Positions 47,641 through 57,327 of a stretch of DNA of 64,000 nucleotides are shown here, one piece after another. The stretch's first letter is position 1. Every line of letters begins with the position of its first letter. Location of the stretch: positions 11,271 to 75,270 of the forward strand of contig JAOAEL010000004.1 in assembly GCA_026416845.1 (NCBI GenBank), read 5' to 3'. Under the pieces are notes generated by a model, which had not been told where the DNA came from, did not search any database, and worked only from the letters and a program-made list of their open reading frames with translations. A program made the translations under genes and the position numbers. The DNA is from Patescibacteria group bacterium. Lineage in GTDB: Bacteria > Patescibacteriota > Microgenomatia > UBA8517.

Positions 47641-49317
47641 ATTTGGATCTATTGGTTTATAAAGAAAATCAATATACTCTTTTAACATTCTAGTTGTTGA
47701 AAAATTTTTTGCGACATTAATTGATTTTCTCATTTTTTTAATCCATTCGTTGGGTATTCCACTTGTGTCTCTTTGATAATAGATTGGTGCTATTTTGTTT
47801 TCTAAAACGTCATAGAAGCTTTCAGCAATGTTTTTTTGGTCTAGAATCCAACCGAAATCTTCCCAATTTACCTCATGTGTCCAACCATCAAGAACAGTGC
47901 ATTGCAATACTCCGTTTGCAATAGCTTTCATTCCGGAAGTTCCACATGCTTCAAGGTTCCCTTGTGGTGTATTTAACCAGACATCAGAGCCAGATACTAA
48001 ATGATTTGCAAGAGATATATTGTAATTTGGTATAAAAATTGCATGTCCGTGCAATTCAGTTGAAAAAAGTTTTATTATTGACTCTATAATTGATTTTGCT
48101 TTATTGTCTCCGGTGTGTGAATTGCCGGCAAAAAGCAATTGAATTGGCATTAAAGGGTTTTTTAAAATTGATTTTATTTTTTCTAAGTTGGTAAATATGA
48201 TTTCTGGTTGTTTATAATCGGCTAGTCTTCTAGCCCAAACAATTACTAATCTTTCTGGATCATAACCAATTCCAGTTCTTTTAACTACTGTTCTTTCAAG
48301 TTCTCTTTTTTTTATCATATGCAAGTCCCATATTTGACGGTCAGTTAAATTAGATTTTCTAAAATCACTATCTTGCCATCGATTCATTTGTACACCATTT
48401 GTAATTGCTATCCAGTTGTATTCTGGCCATTTATTTTTACAGTATTCTCCGTGAATCTTACTCACAGCCGATTGTATTTTAGAAACATTGAGTGCATATT
48501 TAGTTATGCTAAATGTTTCATTGTCAATTAATCCTTCTTTTATCAAAAAATAGGTGTTTACTCCCATTGCTCTAGCAAAATGGGCTGCCCAATTTTCAAT
48601 TTCAGATACATGGTATGTCAAATTCGCTGCTGGAACTAACGTATGATTTGTGTAAACAATCTTTTCTTTAATTGTTTCCAAAGCTTCAGGGTAAGACATA
48701 TTTTGATTTTTCATTAAGTCAGATATTAATTCCCATACTATAAAGCATGGCCTACCTTCATTTATGTGATAGACTGATGGTTTAATGCCTAGTGATTTGA
48801 TTAATTTTATTCCTCCAATTCCTAACAAAATTTGTTGTCTAATTTGAGAATTTGTATCGCCTCCATAAAGTGTGTCCATGTCGGATATCCATTCTGGGGG
48901 ATTAGTATCAACATCAGAGGATAGAAAATAAAGAATTACTTTTTGCGAAAGTCTGATTTTATAAGCCTTTGCTAATACTTTGTAGTTTCCTAGTTCAATT
49001 TGGATTACAATAGGTTTTCCATCAATCATGGCAGGTCTTAAAAAAGATGAATCGTGATCGAAATCTGAATCTCGTGTTTCCATTTTTCCATCGCTGGTTA
49101 TATGTTGGATGTATTCTTTGCCCTTATAAAGTATTCCGATACCTATCATTGGAAACTCTTGGTTTGCAGCTTCATTTAAAATATCTGCTGCCAGTATTCC
49201 TAAACCTCCAGAATAAGTTGGCAGATTATTGTCTATTCCAAATTCAGCTGAAAAATATACAACTGGATTTTGATTTTCCATAATTTTTAAAAGTTGGCGA
49301 TAAAATTTTATAGTCAA
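47623..49317 (-). CDS. glgP: Alpha-glucan (glycogen/maltodextrin) phosphorylase, short GT35 form
   Basis: N-terminal YFSAEFG...LPTYSGGLGILAAD and PLP-lysine motif EACGTSGMK. Confidence 0.8.
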   Translation of the reverse strand: MTIKFYRQLLKIMENQNPVVYFSAEFGIDNNLPTYSGGLGILAADILNEAANQEFPMIGIGILYKGKEYIQHITSDGKMETRDSDFDHDSSFLRPAMIDGKPIVIQIELGNYKVLAKAYKIRLSQKVILYFLSSDVDTNPPEWISDMDTLYGGDTNSQIRQQILLGIGGIKLIKSLGIKPSVYHINEGRPCFIVWELISDLMKNQNMSYPEALETIKEKIVYTNHTLVPAANLTYHVSEIENWAAHFARAMGVNTYFLIKEGLIDNETFSITKYALNVSKIQSAVSKIHGEYCKNKWPEYNWIAITNGVQMNRWQDSDFRKSNLTDRQIWDLHMIKKRELERTVVKRTGIGYDPERLVIVWARRLADYKQPEIIFTNLEKIKSILKNPLMPIQLLFAGNSHTGDNKAKSIIESIIKLFSTELHGHAIFIPNYNISLANHLVSGSDVWLNTPQGNLEACGTSGMKAIANGVLQCTVLDGWTHEVNWEDFGWILDQKNIAESFYDVLENKIAPIYYQRDTSGIPNEWIKKMRKSINVAKNFSTTRMLKEYIDFLYKPIDPNLTTSL

Positions 49318-49434
49318 CTTATGTTTACAAATTTTCTAATCATTTTCTACTGTTTCTTTAGGTGATGTTGCAAAATTTATAATAAAAGCACATAATCATA
49401 TAAATTAATAAATTAAAAAACCAGTTAAAGCATT

Positions 49435-49695
49435 ATGAATTTTTCTCTTGAAACAATGCAAAATGCTTCTTATCAGTTTTTAAAGATTGGAGCTATTGCA
49501 GGTTTTATTGCTGCGGCTACGTTAATTATAAATATAAACTATAAAGGTTTTAACTACTTGTTCAAAGACAAAGCCACAAAATATTGGTGGGTTTTTGTTA
49601 TCGCTTGTGTCATTCCTTTTTTGGTCATTTTATACATGTTTACAATTATATTTGGAAAGTTCTCTTCAAGCGTACAAGCAAGTTTGGCTATTTAG
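49435..49695 (+). CDS. Small membrane protein (hypothetical)
   Basis: 86 aa, 2 TM helices. Confidence 0.35.
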   Translation: MNFSLETMQNASYQFLKIGAIAGFIAAATLIININYKGFNYLFKDKATKYWWVFVIACVIPFLVILYMFTIIFGKFSSSVQASLAI

Positions 49696-49730
49696 AGTAA
49701 ATCCTCTTTTAGTGTACTCTTTAATTTAGA

Positions 49731-51269
49731 ATGCTTGCTCGTGTTTTTTCTGGCACAATAGTTGGCTTGGAAGGAGTTTTGATTGAAGTTGAAGTTGATA
49801 TACCTCAATCCGGTTTCCCTTCTTTCACAATTGTTGGTTTACCTGACAAGGCAGTTGAAGAATCAAAGGAAAGAGTCAGGTCCGCTATAAAAAATACAGG
49901 CGCGGATTTTCCTCAAACGCGAATCACTGTTAATTTGGCTCCTGCCGATTTGCCTAAGGCAGGACCCGCTTATGATTTGCCAATTGCCATTGGAATACTT
50001 TTGGCGTCGGCTCAAATTAAATCTAATGAAGACACGAATGACTCTTTTTTTGTCGGGGAGCTTTCTTTGGATGGTTCTTTGCGCAAAACAAACGGAATTT
50101 TGCCGCTTACCCATCTTGCCAAGAAAAGGGGATTTAAGAAGATGTTTGTTCCTGTTGAAAACATTCGCGAAGCCGCAGTTATTGAAGGAATAGAGTTATA
50201 CGCGGTTGATACCTTATTGTCCCTTATCAGGCATTTGTTGGGAACATTGCCTATACCAAAGGCTCACACAATTGAAATCTCAAAAATCTTAAAAGAGACA
50301 AAATCAGATTTTGATTTCTCGGAAATAATTGGTCAGGAATTTGCAAAAAGAGCTATGGAAATTGCCGCCGCAGGCAATCACAATGTTTTTTTGGAAGGCG
50401 CCCCCGGGTCCGGGAAAACTATGTTGGCTCGCGCACTTCCTGGTATATTGCCTAAATTAACACAAGAAGAGGCTCTGGAGGTAAGCAAAATATACTCCAT
50501 TACAGGCAATTTGCGTATGGAAGAAGGTATTGTGACTTCAAGGCCATTTAGGAGTCCTCACCATACAACGAGCAGAATAGGACTAATTGGTGGCGGTTCG
50601 AATCTTCAGCCGGGCGAAGTTTCTCTTGCTCATAGAGGTGTATTGTTTCTGGATGAATTTCCTGAATTTCCAAGAAGTGTCATAGAAAGCCTTAGACAAC
50701 CTATGGAAGATGGTTATGTTCATATATCGCGAGCCAAAGGGAGCGTTACTTTCCCAGCTAATTTTTTGTTGGTTGCGGCCGCTAATCCTTGCCCTTGCGG
50801 TTTTTATGGTGATACCAGGAGAAAATGTGTTTGTTTGCAAGGACAAATAGTAAGATATCAAAAGAAAATTTCTGGTCCAATTTTAGATAGAATTGATTTG
50901 CATGTGAATGTGCCTGTTGTTGACACCCAAAAGCTTTTTTCCAACACAACCAAAAGGGAATCTTCCAAAAGTGTGCAAGATAGAGTGCAAAATGCGCGCA
51001 ATTTGCAAAAAGCAAGGTTTGATGGCGCTAATATTTTTGCCAATTCGGACATGAACAATAGACAAGTTAAAGAATACTGCCCGCTTTCTGATGAGTGCAA
51101 GAAGCTGATGTATGCCGCAGTTTCTGCAATGAATTTATCCACAAGATCTTTTTTTAAGATTATAAAAGTGGCGCGGACGATATGTGATTTAGAGGGACAA
51201 AAAAATATTACTCCAAGCGCTATAGCGGAAGCCATTCAGTTTAGAAACAGAGAATTTGGACAAAAATAA
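49731..51269 (+). CDS. Mg-chelatase-like AAA+ ATPase YifB/ComM
   Basis: N-terminal Lon-like domain MLARVFSGTIVGLEG, Walker A LEGAPGSGKTMLA, Walker B LFLDEFPEF; about 510 aa. Confidence 0.88.
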   Translation: MLARVFSGTIVGLEGVLIEVEVDIPQSGFPSFTIVGLPDKAVEESKERVRSAIKNTGADFPQTRITVNLAPADLPKAGPAYDLPIAIGILLASAQIKSNEDTNDSFFVGELSLDGSLRKTNGILPLTHLAKKRGFKKMFVPVENIREAAVIEGIELYAVDTLLSLIRHLLGTLPIPKAHTIEISKILKETKSDFDFSEIIGQEFAKRAMEIAAAGNHNVFLEGAPGSGKTMLARALPGILPKLTQEEALEVSKIYSITGNLRMEEGIVTSRPFRSPHHTTSRIGLIGGGSNLQPGEVSLAHRGVLFLDEFPEFPRSVIESLRQPMEDGYVHISRAKGSVTFPANFLLVAAANPCPCGFYGDTRRKCVCLQGQIVRYQKKISGPILDRIDLHVNVPVVDTQKLFSNTTKRESSKSVQDRVQNARNLQKARFDGANIFANSDMNNRQVKEYCPLSDECKKLMYAAVSAMNLSTRSFFKIIKVARTICDLEGQKNITPSAIAEAIQFRNREFGQK

Positions 51270-51271
51270 AA

Positions 51272-51454
51272 ATGTCAAAGAAAACCGCAAAATTGATTGT
51301 ATTTATAATAAACATAACAGTTTCGTTTGTTTTAGGCGGGGCTTATGCTGTGATAGGCAGACGCGATTTGGCAATTAATATATTGTTTTTGTTAGTTGGA
51401 ATTTTGTTATTAGTTTTTTTGATTAAAACTCTTTTAGACTTTTTTGAATCTTGA
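51272..51454 (+). CDS. Small membrane protein (hypothetical)
   Basis: 60 aa, two hydrophobic helices; starts 3 nt after previous stop. Confidence 0.3.
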   Translation: MSKKTAKLIVFIINITVSFVLGGAYAVIGRRDLAINILFLLVGILLLVFLIKTLLDFFES

Positions 51455-51512
51455 ACATTCAGGCTGTATCTGGTAGCTTTTTTGCGTTTGGCATTTTTAC
51501 AAACAAAAAGGT

Positions 51513-51968
51513 ATGAGATGTGTTTTGCAGGTGGTCAAAAAGGCGGTTGTGATTGAAGCTAAAACAAAACAAATTGCAGGCAGACTTTCTTCTGAAGGGG
51601 TTTTGGTTTTACTTGGCATAGGCAAAAATGATACTTACAAAGACGCTGAAATTCTTTCGAAAAAAATAATTTCTTTGAGAATTTTTATTGATGAATTTGG
51701 GAAAATGAACAAAAGTGTTTTAGACAAGCAATTTGGCGTGTTAGTAGTTTCCCAGTTTACTCTTTATGCCGATGTTAAAAAGGGCAATAGACCATCTTTT
51801 TTACAAGCCGCAAAGTCTGAGATGGCAAGAAAACTTTATAAATATTTTGTAAGCAGGATTAAGTCTTATGGCATTTTTGTGTCAACTGGTTCTTTTGGAC
51901 AGGAAATGAAAATACAAACAGAGTTGGCTGGTCCTGTGACAATTATTCTTGATTCAAAAAAGTTATAA
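51513..51968 (+). CDS. dtd: D-aminoacyl-tRNA deacylase
   Basis: SQFTLYAD motif and C-terminal NxGPVT-like (LAGPVTIIL); about 150 aa. Confidence 0.85.
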   Translation: MRCVLQVVKKAVVIEAKTKQIAGRLSSEGVLVLLGIGKNDTYKDAEILSKKIISLRIFIDEFGKMNKSVLDKQFGVLVVSQFTLYADVKKGNRPSFLQAAKSEMARKLYKYFVSRIKSYGIFVSTGSFGQEMKIQTELAGPVTIILDSKKL

Positions 51969-52500
51969 TATGGACGTAACAAATATTAAACAAATTTTTG
52001 TGACAATATTATCCGTGTTTTATATTTTTTTTAATTTTACAAATCTAAATCGGAGCGATGCTTACCTTGCTAATTATAGAGAAATTACTGATACAAATGC
52101 CAATCAAACCGAACATGCGGTTAATCAAAATGATAAAAAAAATGTTTTGTTTGAAGAAATTAATAAAAAACGAGTTTCGAATTCTGTCAATAAACTTGAA
52201 TTAAGAGATGATTTGTGCAAAATAGCAGATGTTCGTTTAAATGAACAAATAAAGAATGGAAAATTGGATGGGCATATCGGCTTTGAGAAAATTAAAACAA
52301 ACCATCCTGATTTATCTGCAATTATAGACAATTATTCATTGGTTGCTGAATTTTTGGCTTACAAAGGGCGTGTTCCAAAAGAAATTGTTATTATGTGGGA
52401 CAATTCAAATGATCACAAAAAACTTTTTAAAGATCAGAATCTAAAGTATGGTTGTGCGCTTTTTAAATATCCTTATGCTGTTGCAATTGCCGCTAATTAA
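51949..52500 (+). CDS. Membrane-anchored secreted protein, possibly CAP/SCP (YkwD-like) domain
   Basis: N-terminal TM; C-terminal region with Cys and W.NS..H motif loosely like CAP domains; weak. Confidence 0.35.
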   Translation: MIQKSYNMDVTNIKQIFVTILSVFYIFFNFTNLNRSDAYLANYREITDTNANQTEHAVNQNDKKNVLFEEINKKRVSNSVNKLELRDDLCKIADVRLNEQIKNGKLDGHIGFEKIKTNHPDLSAIIDNYSLVAEFLAYKGRVPKEIVIMWDNSNDHKKLFKDQNLKYGCALFKYPYAVAIAAN

Positions 52501-53119
52501 TAAGTGAATTTTCTTTCAAAAAAGATAGGATTTTGTTTTTAGTTTTATATTGTCTTCCAATTGATACAAAAAGTTTGTTTGTTTCGCTCCAATAGCGTTT
52601 GGGGATAAATTCGTGCAATGCTTTTTCTGTTTGAGCGGGAGTTTTTGTATTTACCCAGCCCAACATATTGGCAATTTTGTGAACGTGCGTGTCTACTGCG
52701 ATTGCGGGTTTAGCAAAAACTCTATTCAAAACCAGATTTGCTGTTTTGCTACCAACTCCTGGGAGTTGTACTAGCTTGTCTTTGGTAGAGGGAATTTTGC
52801 CTTTATGTTCGTTGATTATTTTTAAAGCTAGATTTTTTAAATTTTTAGCTTTGGTTTTATAAAATCCCACAGGATAAATAAGTCTTTCTATTTCAGAAAC
52901 ATTAAGTTTTGCCAATTCAAAGATATTATTTGCTTTTGCGAAAAGCTTTTCTGAAGCCAGGTATGTAACTTCATCTTTTGTTCTTGCCGACAAAAGGGTG
53001 GAGATGAGAGTTTTATATGGATCGTTTTTATACACTTCAAGTGGCACTAATGCGTAGTTTTTTCTGAAAATTCTATAAACACGATCTATTTTTTCTCTAG
53101 TCCATTTCATTGATTTCAA
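52493..53119 (-). CDS. nth: Endonuclease III family DNA glycosylase (HhH-GPD), no Fe-S cluster motif
   Basis: HhH motif LVQLPGVGSKTANLVL and catalytic Asp (AIAVDTHVHKIANMLGW); C-terminus lacks the 4-Cys cluster. Confidence 0.8.
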   Translation of the reverse strand: MKSMKWTREKIDRVYRIFRKNYALVPLEVYKNDPYKTLISTLLSARTKDEVTYLASEKLFAKANNIFELAKLNVSEIERLIYPVGFYKTKAKNLKNLALKIINEHKGKIPSTKDKLVQLPGVGSKTANLVLNRVFAKPAIAVDTHVHKIANMLGWVNTKTPAQTEKALHEFIPKRYWSETNKLFVSIGRQYKTKNKILSFLKENSLIN

Positions 53120-53352
53120 AAACGCTCAAGATAAAAATAGATGAAAATTTGTGAAAAAATAATGATTGCCGCGACTATTAAACTTTTTGATATATCTTTA
53201 GTAGTAGTGTTTTCAATTTTTTCTTGTCCTAATTTTGCTTTTGTGGTTTTTGCGCTTGCAAGTTTGTCAGTTGTGTTATTTGGGATCCACGATATGGTTC
53301 GATGAGCGTTTATTTTCTCTTTTCTGGTACGCCTTGCCTTTTGTAAATACAT
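53116..53352 (-). CDS. Small protein with C-terminal TM (hypothetical)
   Basis: 78 aa, overlaps nth start by 4 nt; weak. Confidence 0.3.
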   Translation of the reverse strand: MYLQKARRTRKEKINAHRTISWIPNNTTDKLASAKTTKAKLGQEKIENTTTKDISKSLIVAAIIIFSQIFIYFYLERF

Positions 53353-53671
53353 GTTTTTAGATAACCTAGTATAGCAAAATAAAATGATTTTGGTGTTATC
53401 TCGTTGGTTTTAAATTTTTGAATGTTTTAGCGTTGATTTTAAATTACTCAATCTTTAATCTGGTGTTAGTTAATTGATCATGTTCTTGCCTTTTATAGGG
53501 TTGTTTTTTGTCTAGTAATTTATTTTTTTATGTAGTGTGTTCTATGTGTGTATTTTATAAAACACGGCTTCTTGACATAAAAAATTTAGGATGCAACAAT
53601 TACTGAGTTAATTATGTACCCTTTTTAGACTTTAGATGAAACTGCTTTATGATCTTTTTATTTATTAGCTG

Positions 53672-54142
53672 ATGGGTATATTAATTTACCTAATTATAGC
53701 TCTTTTTGTATGTATAGCTGTCTTAGGATTTCTCTTGTTTAGAATGCATGCCTTTTTTAGAGTTTTGTCAAAAGATGTTAAGGGACAAAATCTTATTGAT
53801 CTTTTAGAACAAATCATAAAAAGGATTGATAAAAGCGAGTCGCGTTTATCTGAGCTAAGTAAGCAGTTGTCTTTAGTTAAATCGGATCAAAGAAAATGTT
53901 TGCAAAGGGTAGGTTATATTCGATTTAATCCATTTAATGACATGGGTGGAGATCAAAGTTTTTGTTTAACATTGCTTAATGGAGAGCTTGATGGGATAAT
54001 TATTACCAGTTTGCATTCAAGAAATATGACAAGAATTTATTTGAAACCAGTAAAAGATGGGAAAAGTAATTTTATTTTGTCGAAAGAAGAAAAAAAGTCT
54101 CTAGAGATTGCGATTGGGTTGCAACGTAATAAAAAAATGTAA
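53672..54142 (+). CDS. Membrane-anchored hypothetical protein
   Basis: N-terminal TM, coiled-coil, then about 80-aa globular region; no motif recognised. Confidence 0.45.
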   Translation: MGILIYLIIALFVCIAVLGFLLFRMHAFFRVLSKDVKGQNLIDLLEQIIKRIDKSESRLSELSKQLSLVKSDQRKCLQRVGYIRFNPFNDMGGDQSFCLTLLNGELDGIIITSLHSRNMTRIYLKPVKDGKSNFILSKEEKKSLEIAIGLQRNKKM

Positions 54143-54168
54143 TATTAAAATTAATTAAGATTTATTAT

Positions 54169-55377
54169 ATGAATTTAAAAAATCGAGTATTTTTGGTAAG
54201 TTCTTTAGCAAGTATCTATCTTTTGGTTTTTGGCATTTCTTGGATGATTTTCAATTCTTTAGAAGTTGATTCAAAGGTTTTGAATTTGGTTGAAAACTTA
54301 AATTCGAAACAAAAAATTGATTCTTCACTTCCTAAAACTGAAGAGTGTCCTTTAAATGGACAAATGTTTACTTTAACTGAAAAGCAAATTTGGGAAGAGA
54401 GACGTCCTATTGTTGCGATAATTGAAAATCATGAAGATTCAAGACCTCAATCTGGTTTAGGTAGTGCCGATATAGTTTATGAAGCTGTCGCTGAAGGAGG
54501 AATAACCAGATTTTTGGCAGTAATGTATTGTGATATTGCTTATGCTGGTGTAAAAATCGGACCGATTAGAAGTGCCAGGGTATATTTCATAAATTGGGCA
54601 GCTGAGTATGGAGATAGCCCTTTATTTGTTCATGTGGGTGGGGCAAATAATATTTGCAGAAATTGTCCAGGTGGAGTTAAACCTGTTGGTCAAATATCAA
54701 AAGAGGTAGATGCGTTTAAGATGTTAGATAAGTTAGGATGGAGAGGTGCACGAAGAAATGCTTTTGATGGTGGAACAAACGTAGGTTATCCAATCATGGT
54801 TCGTGATGTGAATCGTCTTAATCGTGAAGTGGCTTGGGAACATACTTTTGTTGGTTTTACAGACAAAATTTATGAAGAGGCTAAAGCTCGTGGTTTTAGC
54901 GCGATTGGTGAAAATGGCAAAGCATGGGATGCTAACTTTGTGATGTGGAGATTTTCAGACAATAATCCTATTCTTTATCCAAAAACTAGTAGAATATCTT
55001 TTGGGTTTTGGCAGAATAAGCCTAATTATGATGTTTTTTGGGAATACGATGCCTCGTCTAATAGTTACAAAAGATTTAATGGTGGTGTTAGGCATGTTGA
55101 TCATGAAACAGGTGAGCAAATATCCGCACAAAATTTATTGATACAATTTGTTAAAGAAAGAGGCCCAGTAGATAATGAGGGTCATATGTTTTATCAAAAT
55201 ATTGGCAAAGGAAAAGGATTGTTGTTTCAAAATGGCGATGTGATAGATATAATTTGGGAGAAAGCTAATCAATTTAGTAGGACTAGGTATTATGACAAGA
55301 TGGGGAAAGAAGTATCTTTTGTTCGGGGTAAAATATGGATAGAAGCTGTGCCCGATGGGAACAAGATAGAATATTAA
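54169..55377 (+). CDS. Secreted protein, DUF3048-like (hypothetical)
   Basis: N-terminal TM/signal, then RPIVAIIENHEDSRPQSGLGSADIVYEAVAEGGITRFLAV which resembles the conserved N-terminal block of DUF3048 lipoproteins. Confidence 0.45.
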   Translation: MNLKNRVFLVSSLASIYLLVFGISWMIFNSLEVDSKVLNLVENLNSKQKIDSSLPKTEECPLNGQMFTLTEKQIWEERRPIVAIIENHEDSRPQSGLGSADIVYEAVAEGGITRFLAVMYCDIAYAGVKIGPIRSARVYFINWAAEYGDSPLFVHVGGANNICRNCPGGVKPVGQISKEVDAFKMLDKLGWRGARRNAFDGGTNVGYPIMVRDVNRLNREVAWEHTFVGFTDKIYEEAKARGFSAIGENGKAWDANFVMWRFSDNNPILYPKTSRISFGFWQNKPNYDVFWEYDASSNSYKRFNGGVRHVDHETGEQISAQNLLIQFVKERGPVDNEGHMFYQNIGKGKGLLFQNGDVIDIIWEKANQFSRTRYYDKMGKEVSFVRGKIWIEAVPDGNKIEY

Positions 55378-56001
55378 TTGCACAAGAGATTTTTTCTTCT
55401 GCCTTCGATTACTTACATGGCCGAACTCTCGGATATTATCACATCTAAAGTAAGAGTAAAAATAATTGAACTTCTTTGGTCCAATGTCACAGAAATTTAT
55501 CATGTTCGTGAAATTGTGAGGCGTGTTGGCGAGGAAATAAATGCTGTAAGAAGAGAGCTTAAAAACTTAGAAGATGGTGGGCTTCTTAAAAAAGAGCAAA
55601 GAGGAAACAGGCTTTATTATTGGGCAAGACCAGAATATCCATTTTTTGGCGAAATTTTGGCAATAATTGCAAAAACAACCGGACTTGGTAAAGAGATTAT
55701 TGTTAATAAAAGCAAGTTAGGAAAAATTTTGTTTGTTATGTTTTCAGGCAGGTTTGTTAGAAGAAAACCTCGAAAGCATGATGATGATGTGGATATTTTA
55801 GTAGTAGGAGAGGTAGTTTTAGCAGAACTTGCTCAACTAATAAGAAAAGAAGAATCAAAACGCAGTCAGGAGATAAATTATACAGTCATGGGTCGCGATG
55901 AATTTGATTTCAGAAAAAAAAGACGCGATCCCTTTTTGCAAGGAATATTGTTAGGTAGTAGGGTAATGATTATAGGTGATGAGGAAGATTTGGTTGGTTA
56001 A
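55378..56001 (+). CDS. Winged-helix DNA-binding domain fused to minimal nucleotidyltransferase-like domain
   Basis: N-terminal wHTH (IIELLWSNVTEIYHVREIVRRVGEEINAVRRELKNLEDGGLL); C-terminal FSGRFVRRKPRKHDDDVDILVVG fits the [GS]x(9-13)DxD NTase fold motif. Confidence 0.5.
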   Translation: MHKRFFLLPSITYMAELSDIITSKVRVKIIELLWSNVTEIYHVREIVRRVGEEINAVRRELKNLEDGGLLKKEQRGNRLYYWARPEYPFFGEILAIIAKTTGLGKEIIVNKSKLGKILFVMFSGRFVRRKPRKHDDDVDILVVGEVVLAELAQLIRKEESKRSQEINYTVMGRDEFDFRKKRRDPFLQGILLGSRVMIIGDEEDLVG

Positions 56002-56010
56002 GTTTTTTTT

Positions 56011-57327
56011 ATGAGAAAAATGATTTCCAGATTAGTTGTCATTTTCTTGATTTTAGTTTTTGCAACATATATTGCTTTGCCGCAAGAATATTTTTTCAAT
56101 GTCAATGTGCCTTACTTTTCTTATCAATTTCAATTTAAAAAACCGCAATTGGATATAAATTTTTTTGGGTTTAATCTTAATGAAAGACAGAATCTCAAAC
56201 TAGGTCTTGATTTAGCAGGTGGAAGTCGTATGGTTTTTGAGGCTGATACATCAGGTATAGATCAGTCTAGAAAACAATTCGCACTTGATGGTTTAAAAAG
56301 CATAATAGAAAAAAGAGTTAATCTTTTTGGTATTTCTGAACCTGAAGTGAGATTATCCACTTTTGAAGGTAAAGATAGAATTATTGTTGAATTGCCAGGT
56401 ATAAAAGATACAAAGGAAGCAAATATCTTGATTGGTTCTACAGCTCAGCTAGTTTTTGCAGAATTAGGTTCAGAAGATAATCCTGGCTTGATCCCTACTG
56501 ATTTAACTGGAGCTGACCTTGAAAGTTCTGATGTAATATATGATCAAACAACCGGTAAGCCGGTGATTGCAATAAGTTTCACAAAGGAGGGCGAAGAAAA
56601 ATTTGCTGAAATCACTGCCAGAAATGTTGGCAAGGTTTTACCTATTTTAATTGATGGAATGCCCATATCAGCTCCTTTGGTTCAAGAGAAAATAACTGGC
56701 GGAAAGGCAGTTATAAGTGGAGACTTCAGCCTAAATGATGCAAAATCTTTGTCAATACAGCTTAACGCTGGAGCACTTCCTGTTCCTGTGACGTTAGTGG
56801 AGCAAAGAGTTGTGGGAGCCGCTCTTGGCGCTGATTCGATACAAAAAAGCATCAACGCCGGGATAATTGGTATTTGCATGGTCGCTATTTTTATGCTTTT
56901 GATTTATAAAAATTTAGGCTTTGTCGCGCTTTTTGCTTTATTTTCTTTTAGTGTAATTACGATTTGTTTGTATAAACTTGTGCCAATAGTGTTGACACTT
57001 CCGGGGATTGCCGGATTTTTGCTTTCTGTTGGCATGGCTGTTGATTCAAATATCTTGATTTTTGAAAGGTTCAAAGAAGAGAAAAGGAGAAGATTGTTGG
57101 CTGATGCTCTTGAAGTTTCTTTTGGAAAAGCTTGGGATTCTATACGTGATGCAAATATTGCGACTTTAGTGACGGCTTTTGTTTTGGCCAATCCTTTTGA
57201 TTTTTCTTTTTTGCATACATCAGGCCCTGTTAGGGGATTTGCTATCACTTTGGCTTTGGGGATTTTTGTTAGTTTGTTTACTGGTTTATTTATTAGCAGG
57301 ACTATTATGAGAGCTTTTATTCGTTAA
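56011..57327 (+). CDS. secD: Protein translocase subunit SecD
   Basis: N-terminal TM, periplasmic domain with LGLDLAGGSRMVFEAD, C-terminal 5-TM RND-like bundle. Confidence 0.9.
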   Translation: MRKMISRLVVIFLILVFATYIALPQEYFFNVNVPYFSYQFQFKKPQLDINFFGFNLNERQNLKLGLDLAGGSRMVFEADTSGIDQSRKQFALDGLKSIIEKRVNLFGISEPEVRLSTFEGKDRIIVELPGIKDTKEANILIGSTAQLVFAELGSEDNPGLIPTDLTGADLESSDVIYDQTTGKPVIAISFTKEGEEKFAEITARNVGKVLPILIDGMPISAPLVQEKITGGKAVISGDFSLNDAKSLSIQLNAGALPVPVTLVEQRVVGAALGADSIQKSINAGIIGICMVAIFMLLIYKNLGFVALFALFSFSVITICLYKLVPIVLTLPGIAGFLLSVGMAVDSNILIFERFKEEKRRRLLADALEVSFGKAWDSIRDANIATLVTAFVLANPFDFSFLHTSGPVRGFAITLALGIFVSLFTGLFISRTIMRAFIR

